From: Octopus sinensis
Taxonomy: Eukaryota
Length of the DNA stretch: 64,000 bases
Direction: 5' to 3'
Assembly (NCBI RefSeq): GCF_006345805.1
Contig: NC_043006.1
Coordinates: forward strand, 102,610,001-102,674,000
Shown: positions 1-12,599 of the stretch, piece by piece
Layout: each line of letters begins with the position of its first letter
How positions within the stretch are numbered: the stretch's first letter is position 1
Translations under genes and position numbers: made by a program
The notes under the pieces: generated by a model
Seen by the model: the letters and a program-made list of their open reading frames with translations, nothing else
Told to the model about the DNA's origin: nothing
The model's database searches: none

Positions 1-106
1 CTCTTACTCTTTCCTTTTTCTTTATTCTGTTTACCTTCTCTTTCTCAGTTACCAAGTCTCTCCCCTGCCTCTCTCTCCCTCATCAACTCTCCGTCTTCTC
101 TTTTCT

Positions 107-510
107 AAGGCAGCTATCTGGCAGAATCGTTAGTACGCCGGGCGAAATGCTTAGCGAAATTTCGTCTGCTGATACGTTCTGAGTTCAAATTCCGCCGAGG
201 TCGACTTTGTCTTTCATCCTTTCGGGGTCGATTAAATAAGTACCAGTTACGCACTGGGGTCGATGTAATCGACTTAATCCGCTTGTCTGTCCTTGTTTGT
301 CTTCTCTGTGTGTAGCCCCTTGTGGGTAGTAAAGAAATAGGTATTTCGTCTGTCTTTACGTCCTGAGTTCAAATTCCGCCGAGGTCGACTTTGCCTTTCA
401 TCCTTTCGGACTCGATAAATTAAGTACCAGTTGCATACTGGGGTTGATCAAATCGACTGGCCACACCTCCCCCAAAATTTCGGGCCCTGTGCCCAGAGCA
501 AAAAAGAATT
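107..510 (+). mobile_element. tRNA-derived SINE with Meta-type central domain, dimeric/nested
   Basis: tRNA-like head (AAGGCAGC..TGGCAGAATCGTTAG; B-box-like GAGTTCAAATTCC) and central GCCTTTCATCCTTTCGGGGTCGAT..AAGTACCAGT domain present twice; the first unit carries the long tail ending GTAAAGAAATA, followed by GGTATTTCG. Confidence 0.85.
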
Positions 511-1221
511 TACTTTTATTTTCTCTTCTTTCTTCCTCTCTCTGTCTCTGTCTCTCCATTCTATTAATATCTCGTGCAACCCACTTCCTTCATCCTTTGA
601 ATATAACTTCCCATGGATTGAAGAAGAATTCTCCGTTAACCGTATGAAGGTGTATACCAGCGTTACAATAGCTGGTGGATCCGATCAACCCCTCAGATGG
701 ATGGAATGTAAAGGTAATAGTTTGGTGAAGGTGCGGGATGGTTTGAAATAAACATTGGACCACACGTGCACCCACCAACACATCCACCCACAAATGTATG
801 CAGAGAGAAATGAGGTGGAGGAGAGAGATAGAGAGATTATTATGGCAATATACAATAGCCTAGTGCAAGGGAAGTAATTGGTGACACTGGCAGTAAATAA
901 AACAAATTTACGGCCATGAGTGTCCAGGAGATCGATCGACTTAGCTACCAGGCTCCGGATTGAATTAAGGGAATGAACGTATAATTGGCCGAATATTCCT
1001 CAGACATATGTAATCCCAACGTTATTCTCTGTTGGAATCGGTGTGACACAGCATTTGAATTATCGGTGCAATCCATCAGCCAGCCTTCTGCTCTGTTTCC
1101 ATCATCTCAGTTGCGCTCACAAAGAATTGCTCGACCCATCGCCGAAGAAAATGATACGTTTTCAAGATGCCATGAGGTGGGATCAAACCCGGGACCTTGT
1201 GTTTATGAAATTAACTTAACC

Positions 1222-1319
1222 TATTTCTTTATTACCCACAAGGGGCTAAACATAGAGGGGACAAACAAGGACAGACATAGGTATTAAGTCGATTACATCG
1301 ACCCCAGTGCGTAACTGGT
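1222..1319 (-). mobile_element. 5'-truncated Meta-type SINE (tail only)
   Basis: Reverse complement of the same tail as 107-339; 8-bp direct repeat ACTTAACC at 1214-1221 and 1320-1327 (TSD). Confidence 0.8.
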
Positions 1320-2099
1320 ACTTAACCATTCGGCCATAGTGCGCGTGCGCACATACACACACAAAGCTTCTATAGTTTCCACCTACCAAATTCCACACAC
1401 AAGGAATTGGTCGACCGGCTCAAGATATCGCGCAGCAAGATGGAAGCCGAGACAACGTAATTATGAAGAGAACTACTTAACCGTATGGGCGGAAAAAATC
1501 CATCGGACAGCTTCCGTACAGTTTCTGTCAACCTAGTTTATCCCAAAAGGATAAGTCGATCCAAAATTTATCGAAAATGACATTTGCTTAAGATGTCATG
1601 CTGTGGGATCGAACCCGGGATTTCTGGATTGCTGCTCCTGATAGAGACGGCTTGAACGCCTTTTGGTATGGCTCTTACCCGTTTGTGCTAATCTCAGCTT
1701 AAAACTCTCTCTTTGCTCTTCTCTTTCATTGTTCCTTGGTTTCTTATTCCCTCTTTCTTTCTTTATATTCCTCAGTTTACCTTCTTTCTCACTTGATCTG
1801 CCACTCCCTCTATTTCTTTTTGCTTTTCTCTCTTTTCCTCTCTCTAATCTTAGCCTACTCCCTTCTCATTTGACATGTCACCCTATCTCTTTCTCGGTTT
1901 TCTTTCCCTTCTTTCTCTCTCTCTCTCGATTCACACCTCACCCCCCTCTCTTGGTTCATCACTCCTTTTCTTTCTTGATTTCTCACCTTACTTCTCGTCT
2001 CTCCCTCAGACACAATTTCTCTCTATATCAGTGTTTCTCAACCGTTTTATGTTACATAATGATCCGATTTTACTCGGATCGGCCCTCCTAACCATTCAA

Positions 2100-2219
2100 T
2101 ATTACGGCCATATCACGCTGAAAGCACCAGTTCTCGTCTGATCACCGAAGTTAAGCAACGTCGAGCCTAGTCAGTACTTAGATGGGTGACCGCTTCGGAA
2201 ACCTAGGTGCTGTAAGCGT
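2100..2219 (+). rRNA. 5S rRNA: Orphan 5S rRNA gene copy (possibly pseudogene)
   Basis: 120 nt matching eukaryotic 5S: TTACGGCCATATCACGCTGAAAGCACC..CTCGTCTGATCACCGAAGTTAAGC..AGTACTTAGATGGGTGACCGC..GGTGCTGTAAGC; helix I pairs 2102-2108 with 2209-2215; TTTT at 2226-2229. Confidence 0.9.
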
Positions 2220-2229
2220 CACACATTTT

Positions 2230-2392
2230 AGGCGTAGGAGTGGCTGTCTGGTAAGTAGCTCGCTTACGAACCACATGGCTCCTGGTTCAGTCCCACTGCG
2301 TGTCACCATGGGCAAGTGTCTTCTACTATAGCCTCGGGCCGACTAAAACCTTGTGAATGGATTTGGCAGACGGAAACTGAAAGAAGCCCGTC

Positions 2393-2439
<47 letters not shown>

Positions 2440-2681
2440 ATTACAGTTAATCCAAACAAGAAAACACAAAAAAACACAACAACGCGAAGACGTGGAACAA
2501 ATATAGTATTATTGGACGCTCAGGAAAGAAGGAAAGAAGGAGGGTTTAACGTTTCGAGCGGAACTCTTCGTCGGAAACATAGGAGAAGGAAAGATCCAGA
2601 GAAGGGAAGACAGAGGAAAAAATTTCGCAAACGGTACACACGAGGTCATATATATATGTATATATATAGATGTATGTATAT

Positions 2682-2756
<75 letters not shown>

Positions 2757-3017
2757 ATATATATATAATATATATATATATATTATATATATATAATATA
2801 TATATTTGTGGTGTCTGTGTTTGTCCCACTCCCAACATCACTTGTCAACCGATGCTGTTGTGTTTACGTCCCCGTAACTTACCGTTTCGGCAAAAGAGAC
2901 CGATAAAATAAGTACTAGGCTTACAAAGGATAAGTCCTGGGGTCGATTTGCTCGACTAAAGGCGGTGCTCCAGCATGGCCGCAGTCAAATAACTGAAACA
3001 AGTAAAAGAGTAAAAGA
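2230..3017 (+). mobile_element. CORE-type tRNA-derived SINE with expanded central (TA)n hosting another repeat
   Basis: Head AGGCGTAGGAGTGGCTG..GGTTCAGTCCCACTG; CORE-like GTCACCATGGGCAAGTG; 3' half resumes at ~2808 and ends GAAACAAGTAAAAGAG; same family recurs at 28237-28659 and 43924-44590. Confidence 0.75.
2442..2645 (-). repeat. Penelope-type repeat fragment with degenerate hammerhead-like motif
   Basis: Minus strand CCGACGA-A-GAG-ttccg-CTC-GAAA-CG...CG-TC (2574 to 2515); flanked by (TA)n. Confidence 0.5.
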
Positions 3018-3210
3018 GATTAAATATTAGGAGAACTGGTTAAACCATTTTGTATATTGCACATAAATTTTGACAGCAAAATCTTACATGGACTCTCCCA
3101 AGGGCCAAATGGACCCAGATTGAGAACCACAGAACTATTTCACCAATAACAGTAACAGCAACCGCAGCTGCAATGACAACAACGATTGTTCGTTAGGTAT
3201 CTTTGAGCAG

Positions 3211-3590
3211 ATGGCGGCGTGCGGTATTTCGTCTGCCGCTACGTTCTGAGTTCAAATTCCGCCGAGGTCGACTTTGCCTTTCATCCCTTTGGGGTCGATA
3301 AATTAAGTACCAGTTACGCACTGGGGTCGATATAATCGACTTAATCCGTTTGTCTGTCGTTGTTTGTCCCCTCTGTGTTTAGCCCCTTGTGGGTAGTAAA
3401 GAAATAGGTATTTCGTATGTCGCTAGGTATTGAGTTCAAATTCCGCCGAGGTCGACTCTACCTTTCATCCCTTCGGGGTCGATTAAATAAGTACCAGTTA
3501 CGCACTGGAGATCGATGTAATCGACTTAATCCGTTTGTCTGTCCTTGTTTGTCCTCTCTGTGTTTAGCCCCTTGTGGGCAGTAAAGAAAT
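3211..3590 (+). mobile_element. Dimeric Meta-type SINE with long tails
   Basis: Two head-truncated units each ending GTAAAGAAAT(A); flanked by AGGTATCTTT(G/C)AGCA at 3195-3209 and 3591-3605 (TSD, 1 mismatch). Confidence 0.85.
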
Positions 3591-3861
3591 AGGTATCTTT
3601 CAGCAAGGGTTGAAGTTATGTGCGACTCAGACGAGATCATTGGTTACCAACGCTTATAGACATCGGCAAACATTGATCGACAGATATTGATGTACAGATG
3701 TTTAAGATGAAAATCAATGAAGGAAATCAATTTCAGCAGTCTGAACAGACCTGTAATTGGCTATCAGCACTGTTCCTCTTCTCTTTGATTCAATTATAAC
3801 TAAGTAAACAAACAAACAAACAATAGAATGGAGATATTTAAATTGTGTCCTTTACACAGAG

Positions 3862-4155
3862 TTTACATTTCACTCTTGAATACCCATGTTAACCTCGCGC
3901 ACTCAGACACACCTACACCCGGGAGCCACACATTTACACACGTAAACACACGAAAGTACAAAACACATTTACATAGACACGAGCCAACGAAGACACCTAT
4001 AGGTGGTCGTTCAATTTGCTAGAAATAGCAGCGAATTCTCTCTCTCGAAGTCACACAATACAGACATACATAAAAAAAACATTTATATACCCATGAGCCA
4101 AATAAAAAAAAAACATAGGTGGTCATTCGATTTACTAGAAATAACAGTTTTCGAA
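3862..4155 (+). repeat. ~295-bp segment with an inverted copy at 7497-7791
   Basis: Near-identical reverse complement; the ORF track shows the same peptide (ISLLNTHVNLAHSDTPTPGSH..GGRSIC) on + at 3828 and on - at 7631. Confidence 0.9.
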
Positions 4156-4337
4156 ATCACACTACGCTGTTAAAAAATGCCATACCGGATAATGTAAAGC
4201 TTGATAAAAGTGCATGGAAAACGGGAAAAACTGGATGGTCACGGATGGAATGCCTTTTGAAATTGATCATGGACCCATTTGATCGGAGGTGGTTTGTGGC
4301 TAAACAAAAAACAAAAACAACAGCGACAATTTGTTTA

Positions 4338-4381
<44 letters not shown>

Positions 4382-4509
4382 ACATATACTATATATGCAT
4401 GAGTGTGATTAATACATACATACATACATAATATATATATATATATTATATATATATTATACAGCATATATACATTATATATTATATATATATATATATA
4501 TACACACGC

Positions 4510-4594
<85 letters not shown>

Positions 4595-5165
4595 ATATAT
4601 AAAACATATATATACGATTATACACTCACACACACACATATATACATATACATACAGACACATATACACAAACACATACATTCACACAGGACAGATATAC
4701 ATGAAGACGGTTTCTTTTCTTCTTAACAAAAGAAGAATTACTTGCTATATTAAAAGAAACGTACCACTTGGTCATGTTCTTCGACGATATTAAGTTAATC
4801 CGGACAAGTAAAGCTTTTGTGCCATGTCTGAGACGTTATAATAGGTTTGCTAATTAGCTGTCAGCTATGAACATCTCATCTAATGATGTGTCGATTCAGT
4901 ACGAGAAGAAACCAGTAGTTATCTGCCATTTCTTTATTTTGTCGGCTTGAATAGATCTTTAATGGACTTTCTTTTTTATACCACCTCTCTCTCTCTTCCT
5001 CCCTCCTCTCTCTCTCTCTCTCTTTTACACACACTCACACATGCACGCACACACACATACATACACACACACAAACACGCGTACAAATGTGTGAGCATAT
5101 ACAGCATATGTATATAAGTATATAAATATACATACATAAGTATATAACATACATACATACATACA

Positions 5166-5217
<52 letters not shown>

Positions 5218-5859
5218 ATACACGCGCATATATGTATATATATGTATGTATATACATTTATAATACGCATGCACAAAGATAAATACACACACATATGCGT
5301 ACATATATGCACACATATACTTCGGCTTGTATGGTGTTTTCTCTTTCCCTCAATATATACACATATGTTTGTGTGTGTTCGCGTCTTATCTTTCACTGTT
5401 TACACACACACACACACAGACACACACAGACACACACACACACGCACCACACACGCACACTATAGATGCATACACAGATGTCTATATTCATACATACATA
5501 CATACATATAAAAATATACATACACATATATATATGCATTATTGCTAAAGTTGACTCCTTTACCATTACTACAATTTTACCGCCGGAGAAGTGTTCGTCA
5601 GATGACATAACAAGGAATAATTGTTCGATATTAGCGAAATCATTGTTGGCTTTTAATGCCGTAAGATGGCGCACTTTAAACTTCCGTTTGGATCTCTTTG
5701 CTTGCGTCCTCTAAGTCAATTAGATTTCATTTCGTTGCTGCAATTTGTCAGGTAGAATTGATCTTCTTGACGCTAATTTTTATCTTATCGCTGTATTGTT
5801 GTTTACAGTATCGCCGTATTATATGATATTTTTCTTCACCGCTTAGTTGTCATCGACTG

Positions 5860-6780
5860 GCTCATTATGAGTAGAGCGTCTTGTTTACGATGATTGACTT
5901 GTTGGTATCGAAATGGTCAATACCTCGTTATTTTAAATGTTACACCTATCTGGAGAAGGCAATGGTTTTCTTCTTATCTTCATTGCTAAATGCTTTATGA
6001 CTGACAGAAACGACTTTTAAAACTGCCTTCGCTCATATTAATATATAATGTTTCTGTTTTGTTTCCCTGTCTTCTGCTCGAAATATTACCTTAACTTTAT
6101 TGACAATTTCTTTAGTTAAACATTCTTTTCATTACGGGAACATATCTGCCTTGAAGTTCTGTTGAGATTGTTCTTAGTGGCCCTTCGAAGTTTATTCATT
6201 AATAAGTTGCTGATGTTTCTAGTTACAGCTATAGCTCACTTTTCGACGTCTTCATTTATCAATTTAAGAGACTTTGTCTGGTTGATTACCATTTGTTTTA
6301 ATTTTAGCTAACAAATGTTTAACTAAATTTGATTTAACATTTCTGATGAAGGGTGGATTAAACCAAATGATGTTCCATTTTCTGTTTGTTTCACTGCTGC
6401 GTACCTTTGTGTAAGAAGTTGATTTTTAAACAATTTAAACCGGCCATTTTTGTTAACGATAATGCTACTTTACACGATAAAATAGATGTTCTACTTATAT
6501 GGCAACGTAAACCCTTTTATATACTGTGAAGATGTTTAGAATCTTCATTTATGTATATGTGTCTTTCGTTCAGCTTTCAAATGGTTGATGTTTGTCAGTC
6601 TGTAAGTTTAATTCCATATATAAGGAACAACTTACGCTATGTTGGTGATGGCCTGACTCTTTGAATGTGCAAATTAAATCTTTTCCTTACTTCCAATGTG
6701 TGACTGCTAAAGGCTTTCATTCATGTTCTGTCCCATTGCTGTTCTGTTTTTGTTTTTATTGTTTCTATGGCATACAATCC
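5860..6780 (-). mobile_element. Degenerate Penelope-like element (linker + GIY-YIG remnant)
   Basis: Minus-strand translation gives NRKWNIIWFNPPFIRNVKSNL (~6385-6325), KVSYSC, and CLTKEIVNKVKV..KHYI..HKAFSNEDKKKTIAFSR, typical of the PLE post-RT linker and GIY-YIG; many stops and frameshifts. Confidence 0.7.
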
Positions 6781-7079
6781 AGCCAGCTCACATAGCTCAG
6801 CATCATAACATCTGCCCATACATTCATCTTATAAGTTGTTACTGCTCTTCACCTATGAAGAGACGATGCTGAAAAAACAAACAATATTTTACAGTGCTGC
6901 GGCTACTTCCAGTAAACAACAATCTGTATCTGTTGTATGTTATATTCTTCTTATTTTCTGCGCCCTTTTCAAGCCTAAGCTAGGCTCATGGGCCCGGTTT
7001 CCCGGTTTCTGTGGCGTATGAGTTCCCCCCGGCTGGAAGGGATGCCAGTCCATCGCAGCGTTACTCAAGAAACAGGAAG

Positions 7080-7212
7080 AGAGAGTGAGAGAAAGTTGGG
7101 GGGAAAGAGTACAACTGGGGACACCCCCCGTGTTTTCGCTCAATAAACACACACAAACCGCGATCCTCCGACCGCGAGTCCGCTGCCCTAATCACTGGGC
7201 CATTGCGCCTCC
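7080..7212 (-). mobile_element. tRNA(Arg)-like SINE, partial
   Basis: Reverse complement of GGAGGCGCAATGGCCCAGTGATTAGGGCAGCGGACTCGCGGTC head; same family as 34208-34447. Confidence 0.75.
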
Positions 7213-7496
7213 ACATTGTATGTTATATACTTACAGTTAAATGGACATGGTTAACATTCCTGTGTTGAGATATGGATACAATACAGTGCGGCTGGTGGTA
7301 TATGAATACAAAATGTTTTTGGTGATTTATCGACTCATCCAGTAACTTTCCATAAATGCGTCCTTTTAAAGACAGTGGTTTGTGGGTAGATATGGATCAA
7401 ATTCAAGTAGGACGAGCGGCTCTTATTAAAAACAAAAACTCCATCATAGCCATGTTAGATACCGTCTTTTCACAAAGCTACTGCATACTTTTTTGA

Positions 7497-7791
7497 TTTT
7501 GAAAGCTGTTATTTCTAGTAAATCGAATAATCACGTATGTTTTTTTTATTTTGCTCATGGTTATATAAATGTTTTTTTTTTATGTATGTCTGTATTGTGT
7601 GACTTCGAGAAAGGGAATTCGCTGCTATTTCTAGCAAATTGAACGACCACCTATAGGTTTCTTCGTTGGCTCATGTCTATGTAAATGTGTTTTGTACTTT
7701 CGTGTGTTTACGTGAGTAAATGTGTGGCTCCCGGGTGTAGGTGTGTCTGAGTGCGCGAGGTTAACATGGGTATTCAAGAGTGAAATGTAAA
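7497..7791 (-). repeat. Inverted copy of 3862-4155
   Basis: Reverse-complement similarity over ~295 bp. Confidence 0.9.
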
Positions 7792-8281
7792 TGTTGCTCT
7801 TGTTGCTGTTTAATCCCAGGTCAGATCTGATCGAACAGATTTCAGAACAAAGGTGTTTAGCCGTAACCATCCTACCTTTTGTTTCAGTACGAAGAACTGC
7901 ATTGTCTAATGTCTTGCTCATTTTTACCTACCATGTGTGTCGCAAGTAATTCTCATTGTATAGAATGGAATATTATTTGTTGTGTACAGTCCCTTGTGGA
8001 TAATATACACGCATTGGGACTGAACCTGGAACCATGCGGCTGCAAAACAAACTTCTTACCACACAGCCACGCCTGCGCCTATATTTACACACACACACAT
8101 ACACACACACACGCACACATACACACACACGCACACGCACAAATACACACACACACACACGCACACACACGTATGTGTGCAATGTGTGGGTGTATGTATG
8201 TGTGAAACTCTATCTATCTATATATATCTGTCTGTCTGTCTGTCTATCCGTCCGTCCATCCGTCTGTCTGTCCGTCTGTCC

Positions 8282-8333
<52 letters not shown>

Positions 8334-9055
8334 GTCTATCTACCTACCTACCTACCTACCTGCCTGTCTATCTTTCTTTCTGCCTGCATAGCCGTCTGTC
8401 TACCTGTCTGTCGCTTTCTCTCTCTCTCTCTCTGTTTGTGCTTATGTGTGTGTGTGTGTGTGTGCGCGTGATTCGAATGCCTCCCGATTCTCTGTAGGAA
8501 CTGAATTAAGCACGGCAAAGCTTTGAAACATTTATCACTTTACAAATGTTTCCTGCTGCTTGCAGGAAATCATTTCAATCAGATGAACCGAGTTATTTAA
8601 AAGTGACGTGTTTTGTACAATACTACAATGTAGTATTGGTGATAAATTTCAAGCCATCGATTTTAAGATTAGTTGTCTAGTAATCAATCCACTTGTCCAT
8701 CTGTGACCACAACAACGAGACTTTTTAGATATTTTGTTTTAATAAACATTGATCTTCATTCGATCATTTCGAATGAAGATCAATGTGGATTAAAAATTCT
8801 TATTTCTTCTAAGTAATTTTAAGGTCGGATGTTTGTAGAAGAGGGAGACATTCAAACGGAACCATATACTAAATCGATTCGTAGAAAGCTATTTATGGCT
8901 GCTTCGTGTACATCTACAATGGAACTTTTGCATAGTCACTTCAACAGCTAGAAATAGCAACCAAATCAACCTGAGTTAATCATATCCTAACTTCTTTAAG
9001 AAAGAGGAAGAACCTATTGGATCCTGTGATCCTAGATATAAAACTGACAGGCCAT

Positions 9056-9327
9056 CGGTAACGACGACGGGGTTTCTGTTGGTCAGATCAACGGAATATT
9101 AACGTGCAAGTGGCTGAGTACTCCGTAAACGTAATTCTCAAGATACAGTATGACACAGAAAGGGCTGGCCCTTTGAAATACAGCTACTACTCATTTTTGC
9201 AGCTGAGTGGACTGGAGCAACGTGAAAATGAAGTGTCTTGCTCAAGGACACATGGCGTCGCCGGGAATTGAACTCACGACTTTACGATCGTGAGCCAAAC
9301 ACCCTAACCACTAAGCCACGCGCCTTC
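9056..9327 (-). mobile_element. tRNA-derived CORE-like SINE
   Basis: Minus: GAAGGCGCGTGGCTTAGTGGTTAGGG..GAGTTCAATTCCCGG..GTGTCCTTGAGCAAGACAC; 3' tail related to that of the tRNA(Arg)-like SINE (..CGTCGTTACCG). Confidence 0.75.
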
Positions 9328-9777
9328 ACTGTCCTAGATAAGATAGGATGGACACGAATGAGAAGCTTTTGGCTATAAGACAGCGTGGAATCTGCTGGAT
9401 TGAGGCTAAAACAACAACCAAATAATTTACATCAATACGGTTTATAGAGTTATTTCGTTGGGTTATTCCATTGATCACCGATGGCTGACTTGAACTCAAT
9501 ACTGAACAATTAAAAACAAACAAACAAACATTATTTTATAGAGCCACCACTATTTTCAACAAACAATAAGCTGTATCGTAGGTTACATACAGTTATGTGG
9601 ACAGGGCCCAAACTACTCCGTTGAGATATGCATATAATATGGAGCTGCTGGTAGTAATAACTTTTTGGCGACTGTTGTGCAAATCTTAAAAATTGAAATT
9701 TGTATAATGTAAGAAATAAGTTGACATAGATGCTCCCATGAGGCACAAACGGCACAATGCATATAGCTATTATTGTA

Positions 9778-10339
9778 TTGGGTTGTCCGGAAAGTTCGTG
9801 CCGATTTATAGTAGCTTACCTTTCGACTTATTTTAGAACATGGTTGAGTCCATAAAATAGGATTTGACTACACCTCCATTTTGAGCACAGTTTAAGCTAT
9901 CTTTTCGTGAAAGACGGTTTATGTTCCTATAACCTGTGTTAATTATGTAACCCTTTAAAATGGAAGATAAGAAAGTTCATTTTCGGAACTTGATGCTTTG
10001 GAAACCAGACAAAAATTGCTGCAGCTCGGCTGGGATGTGTTAACCCACCCTCCATATTCACCAGATATTGCTCCTTCGGATTTCCACTTATTCAGGTCTC
10101 TGCAGAATGGCCTTAATGGTAAAAATTTCAATTCCTTGGATGACGTAAAAAGATACCTTGAATTCTTTGCCATGAAATCCCCTCAATTCTGGGAAGATGG
10201 TATTTTCAAGTTAAAGGAAAGATGGAGACGCATTGTGCAACAAAATAGTTCATATTTGGTTGATTAAAAATGTAATGGCAAGTATTTATTGACCTTTTCT
10301 TTCCTTTAAAAATCGGCACGAACTTTCCAGACAACCCAA
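9778..10339 (+). mobile_element. Mariner (Tc1/mariner) internally deleted non-autonomous element
   Basis: 30-bp TIRs TTGGGTTGTCCGGAAAGTTCGTGCCGATTT (9778-9807) / 10310-10339 with 1 mismatch; TA on both sides; ATG at 9960 (MEDKKVHFRNLML) fused out of frame to C-terminus LGWDVLTHPPYSPDIAPSDFHLFRSL. Confidence 0.95.
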
Positions 10340-10429
10340 TATAACTGATAGATGTAATTTTATATAAAAGAACAACATAGAGTGGCTTATCACTAATCAA
10401 ACATCCCTTCTGTGTTTGAACTTATATCT

Positions 10430-10900
10430 TCAGTTTCGTTGGTGGTAATCGGGTAAGAAAAATCTAAACTAGATGAGACTGTTCTATCGCTGATAAAATT
10501 TCTTACAAATGGAATAGAAGTCATCAACGAAATTTAACAAACATATCAAATTTTTGAGCTCTAACAGCTCCTATTGTTTACAGTCGCAAATTATGCGGCG
10601 TAAAACTGGGAATGCTCTAGATGATATATTACAGAGGGGTTCGAATCCTTATACTTCTGAGAACGTGAAAATGAGACATAGTAAAACAGACGCTTTGGCT
10701 GCAAGCTTATAATCGTGAAGCCCCTATTTTCTGTTGGTAGAGTGTTCACTGCTAAACGTCTTAAACGCCTCAGCAATCCCACATATACCACTCGACAGCC
10801 GAGCGAATAAAGAAGCTTCTACAATAGTGGTTCTCAGTAATTTTTTTAACCTATGGAATTCTTTAATTCCTACCTTACTCATTCGATGCTTAAAATACCC
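10430..10900 (-). mobile_element. Possible very degraded Penelope-like GIY-YIG remnant
   Basis: Frameshifted minus-strand YVG(I/L)..EAFKTFSSEH resembles the GIY-YIG YIG..FK.R.SEH segment; weak. Confidence 0.3.
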
Positions 10901-11628
10901 TGTCATATTTTATCATTGATCTTTTACTTGTTTCAGTCATGTGACTGTGGCCATGATGGGGCACCGCCTTGAAGAATTTTTAATCAAATGTATCGACCCC
11001 ACTACTTATTATTTTTTAGATGCTAATTTACGGGGACGTAAACACACCAACACCGGTTGTCAATTAGTATTGGTGGAGGCACACACACACATACAAACAC
11101 ACACACACACATATCCACCCAGTGATATTTTACGGACAGAATTCAAGAAAAAGTGTCTGTCAGCTCTGCCAATATTTTAGGCTTCAGAAGAGACAAACAC
11201 AAAGTTTAGTTCAATAAAACTGATCCAGAAACATAGGTATCAAACATAAACTATGAGGGAGGGCCGAAAGCTTCGTAGGATTACTGTGAAGGAGTGATGC
11301 TAGAGCAGCAGAATCCTGCATGCATTAATTTCAAACCTTCTTATTAATAACTGCACTATTTCTTTCGAAAGCTGCAGGTTGTTGAAGTCTCGAATAGCAG
11401 AGAATCCTGAGGAAATTTCACCCGTACTTTCTGATACACTTTCCAAAACAGGTTTTGTCAACAATGAAAGGTTACATGCCAAGAGACCAACACGAAGTTT
11501 TTATATGAAAATAGTTCCATCAGCCTCACACGAACCTGAGAACCACGAATCTGTTTCAAGCATAAACATTGTGTTTTATTTTGTCAGAAAGTTAAATTTC
11601 TTTCGCAAATATATCGGGAGTGGACTGT

Positions 11629-12046
11629 GGGATCTTTTCGGTTTGAACGGCAGTTTTTAACATAATTTCTAGGTAACTAAAATATTTAAAACTTCATATA
11701 TTGGTAGAATGTGTTTATAAAACATCTTTTTCTCTTGGCTTTATTGAGAAAATTCTACTGTTTGTAAGATATTTGTTGTTTTTTTCTTCAATTTCTGCAA
11801 TTTCAACCAATCACCGACGTCCATTGAGGTAAACAACATTCTGTGCCGTATGAATATGTCCCTCGTTTAAGAAACAGATTGGGTTTATTTACATTTCTGA
11901 AGAAAAAAAAGATACCCTTCCCCCCACCCCTAACCCTAACTCTAAAATAGACTGAAATGCAATAGATCGATACTAGGGTCATAATTATGGGTGACAATTT
12001 CATATGACACTGTTAGAAAAAACTGCCGGTCAAACCGAAAAGATCC
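11629..12046. mobile_element. MITE-like non-autonomous element
   Basis: 29-bp terminal inverted repeat GGATCTTTTCGGTTTGAACGGCAGTTTTT / AAAAACTGCCGGTCAAACCGAAAAGATCC (1 mismatch); internal short CCCTAA motif; no clear TSD. Confidence 0.7.
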
Positions 12047-12504
12047 GGGCTATGTTCATAAGTTGCAATATAGCATTCATGATTTGCCATAGATTTAGAG
12101 CCACACAAACAGTTTTAGAAATATAGTTTTCTTTGTCAAAGCATTTACAGCCACCACTGACGAAGGAACGAGTCAAATCTTTTAGTCGAGCGTTAAAGAA
12201 TAATAAATAACAAACAATATGTCACAAGGTTTAGTATACAACAGTTGCAAATGTCAGAGCCATTCTCTCTTACAATTCTACTGTGTAATTTTCAAAGAGA
12301 AGTAGTCCTCTTTTATTAATTCACCGAAAGTTCTCTCTTTTTTGCTGTCGTCTGTTATGTTATAACATTTATAACGTACAATACGCCATCAACCATTGCT
12401 TCAACGAGTGGACTCATTCTACGTAACTATGTCGACGAAATCAATATCAATGATGGAACAAGGACGACGGCAACGCAACTAAATATAAGGTAATCAAAGG
12501 ATAT

Positions 12505-12563
12505 ATGTATGTGTGTGTGTAGTTATGTATGTATGTATGTATGTATGTATGTATGTATGTATG

Positions 12564-12599
<36 letters not shown>

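Noticed and set aside
431-751. 106-aa ORF with a possible donor (AAAG/GTAATA near 712) after a pyrimidine tract
   Set aside because: No acceptor AG next to the tract, no recognisable domain, and it starts inside a SINE.
5560-5674. GGKIVVM motif resembling the PLE N-terminal DKGGKIVVM
   Set aside because: Lies downstream of the GIY-YIG remnant and is only a short match; could be a tandem-copy remnant but cannot be supported.
11925-11945. CCCTAACCCTAA telomere-like motif
   Set aside because: Only about two units and internal to a MITE-like element; not an interstitial telomere array.
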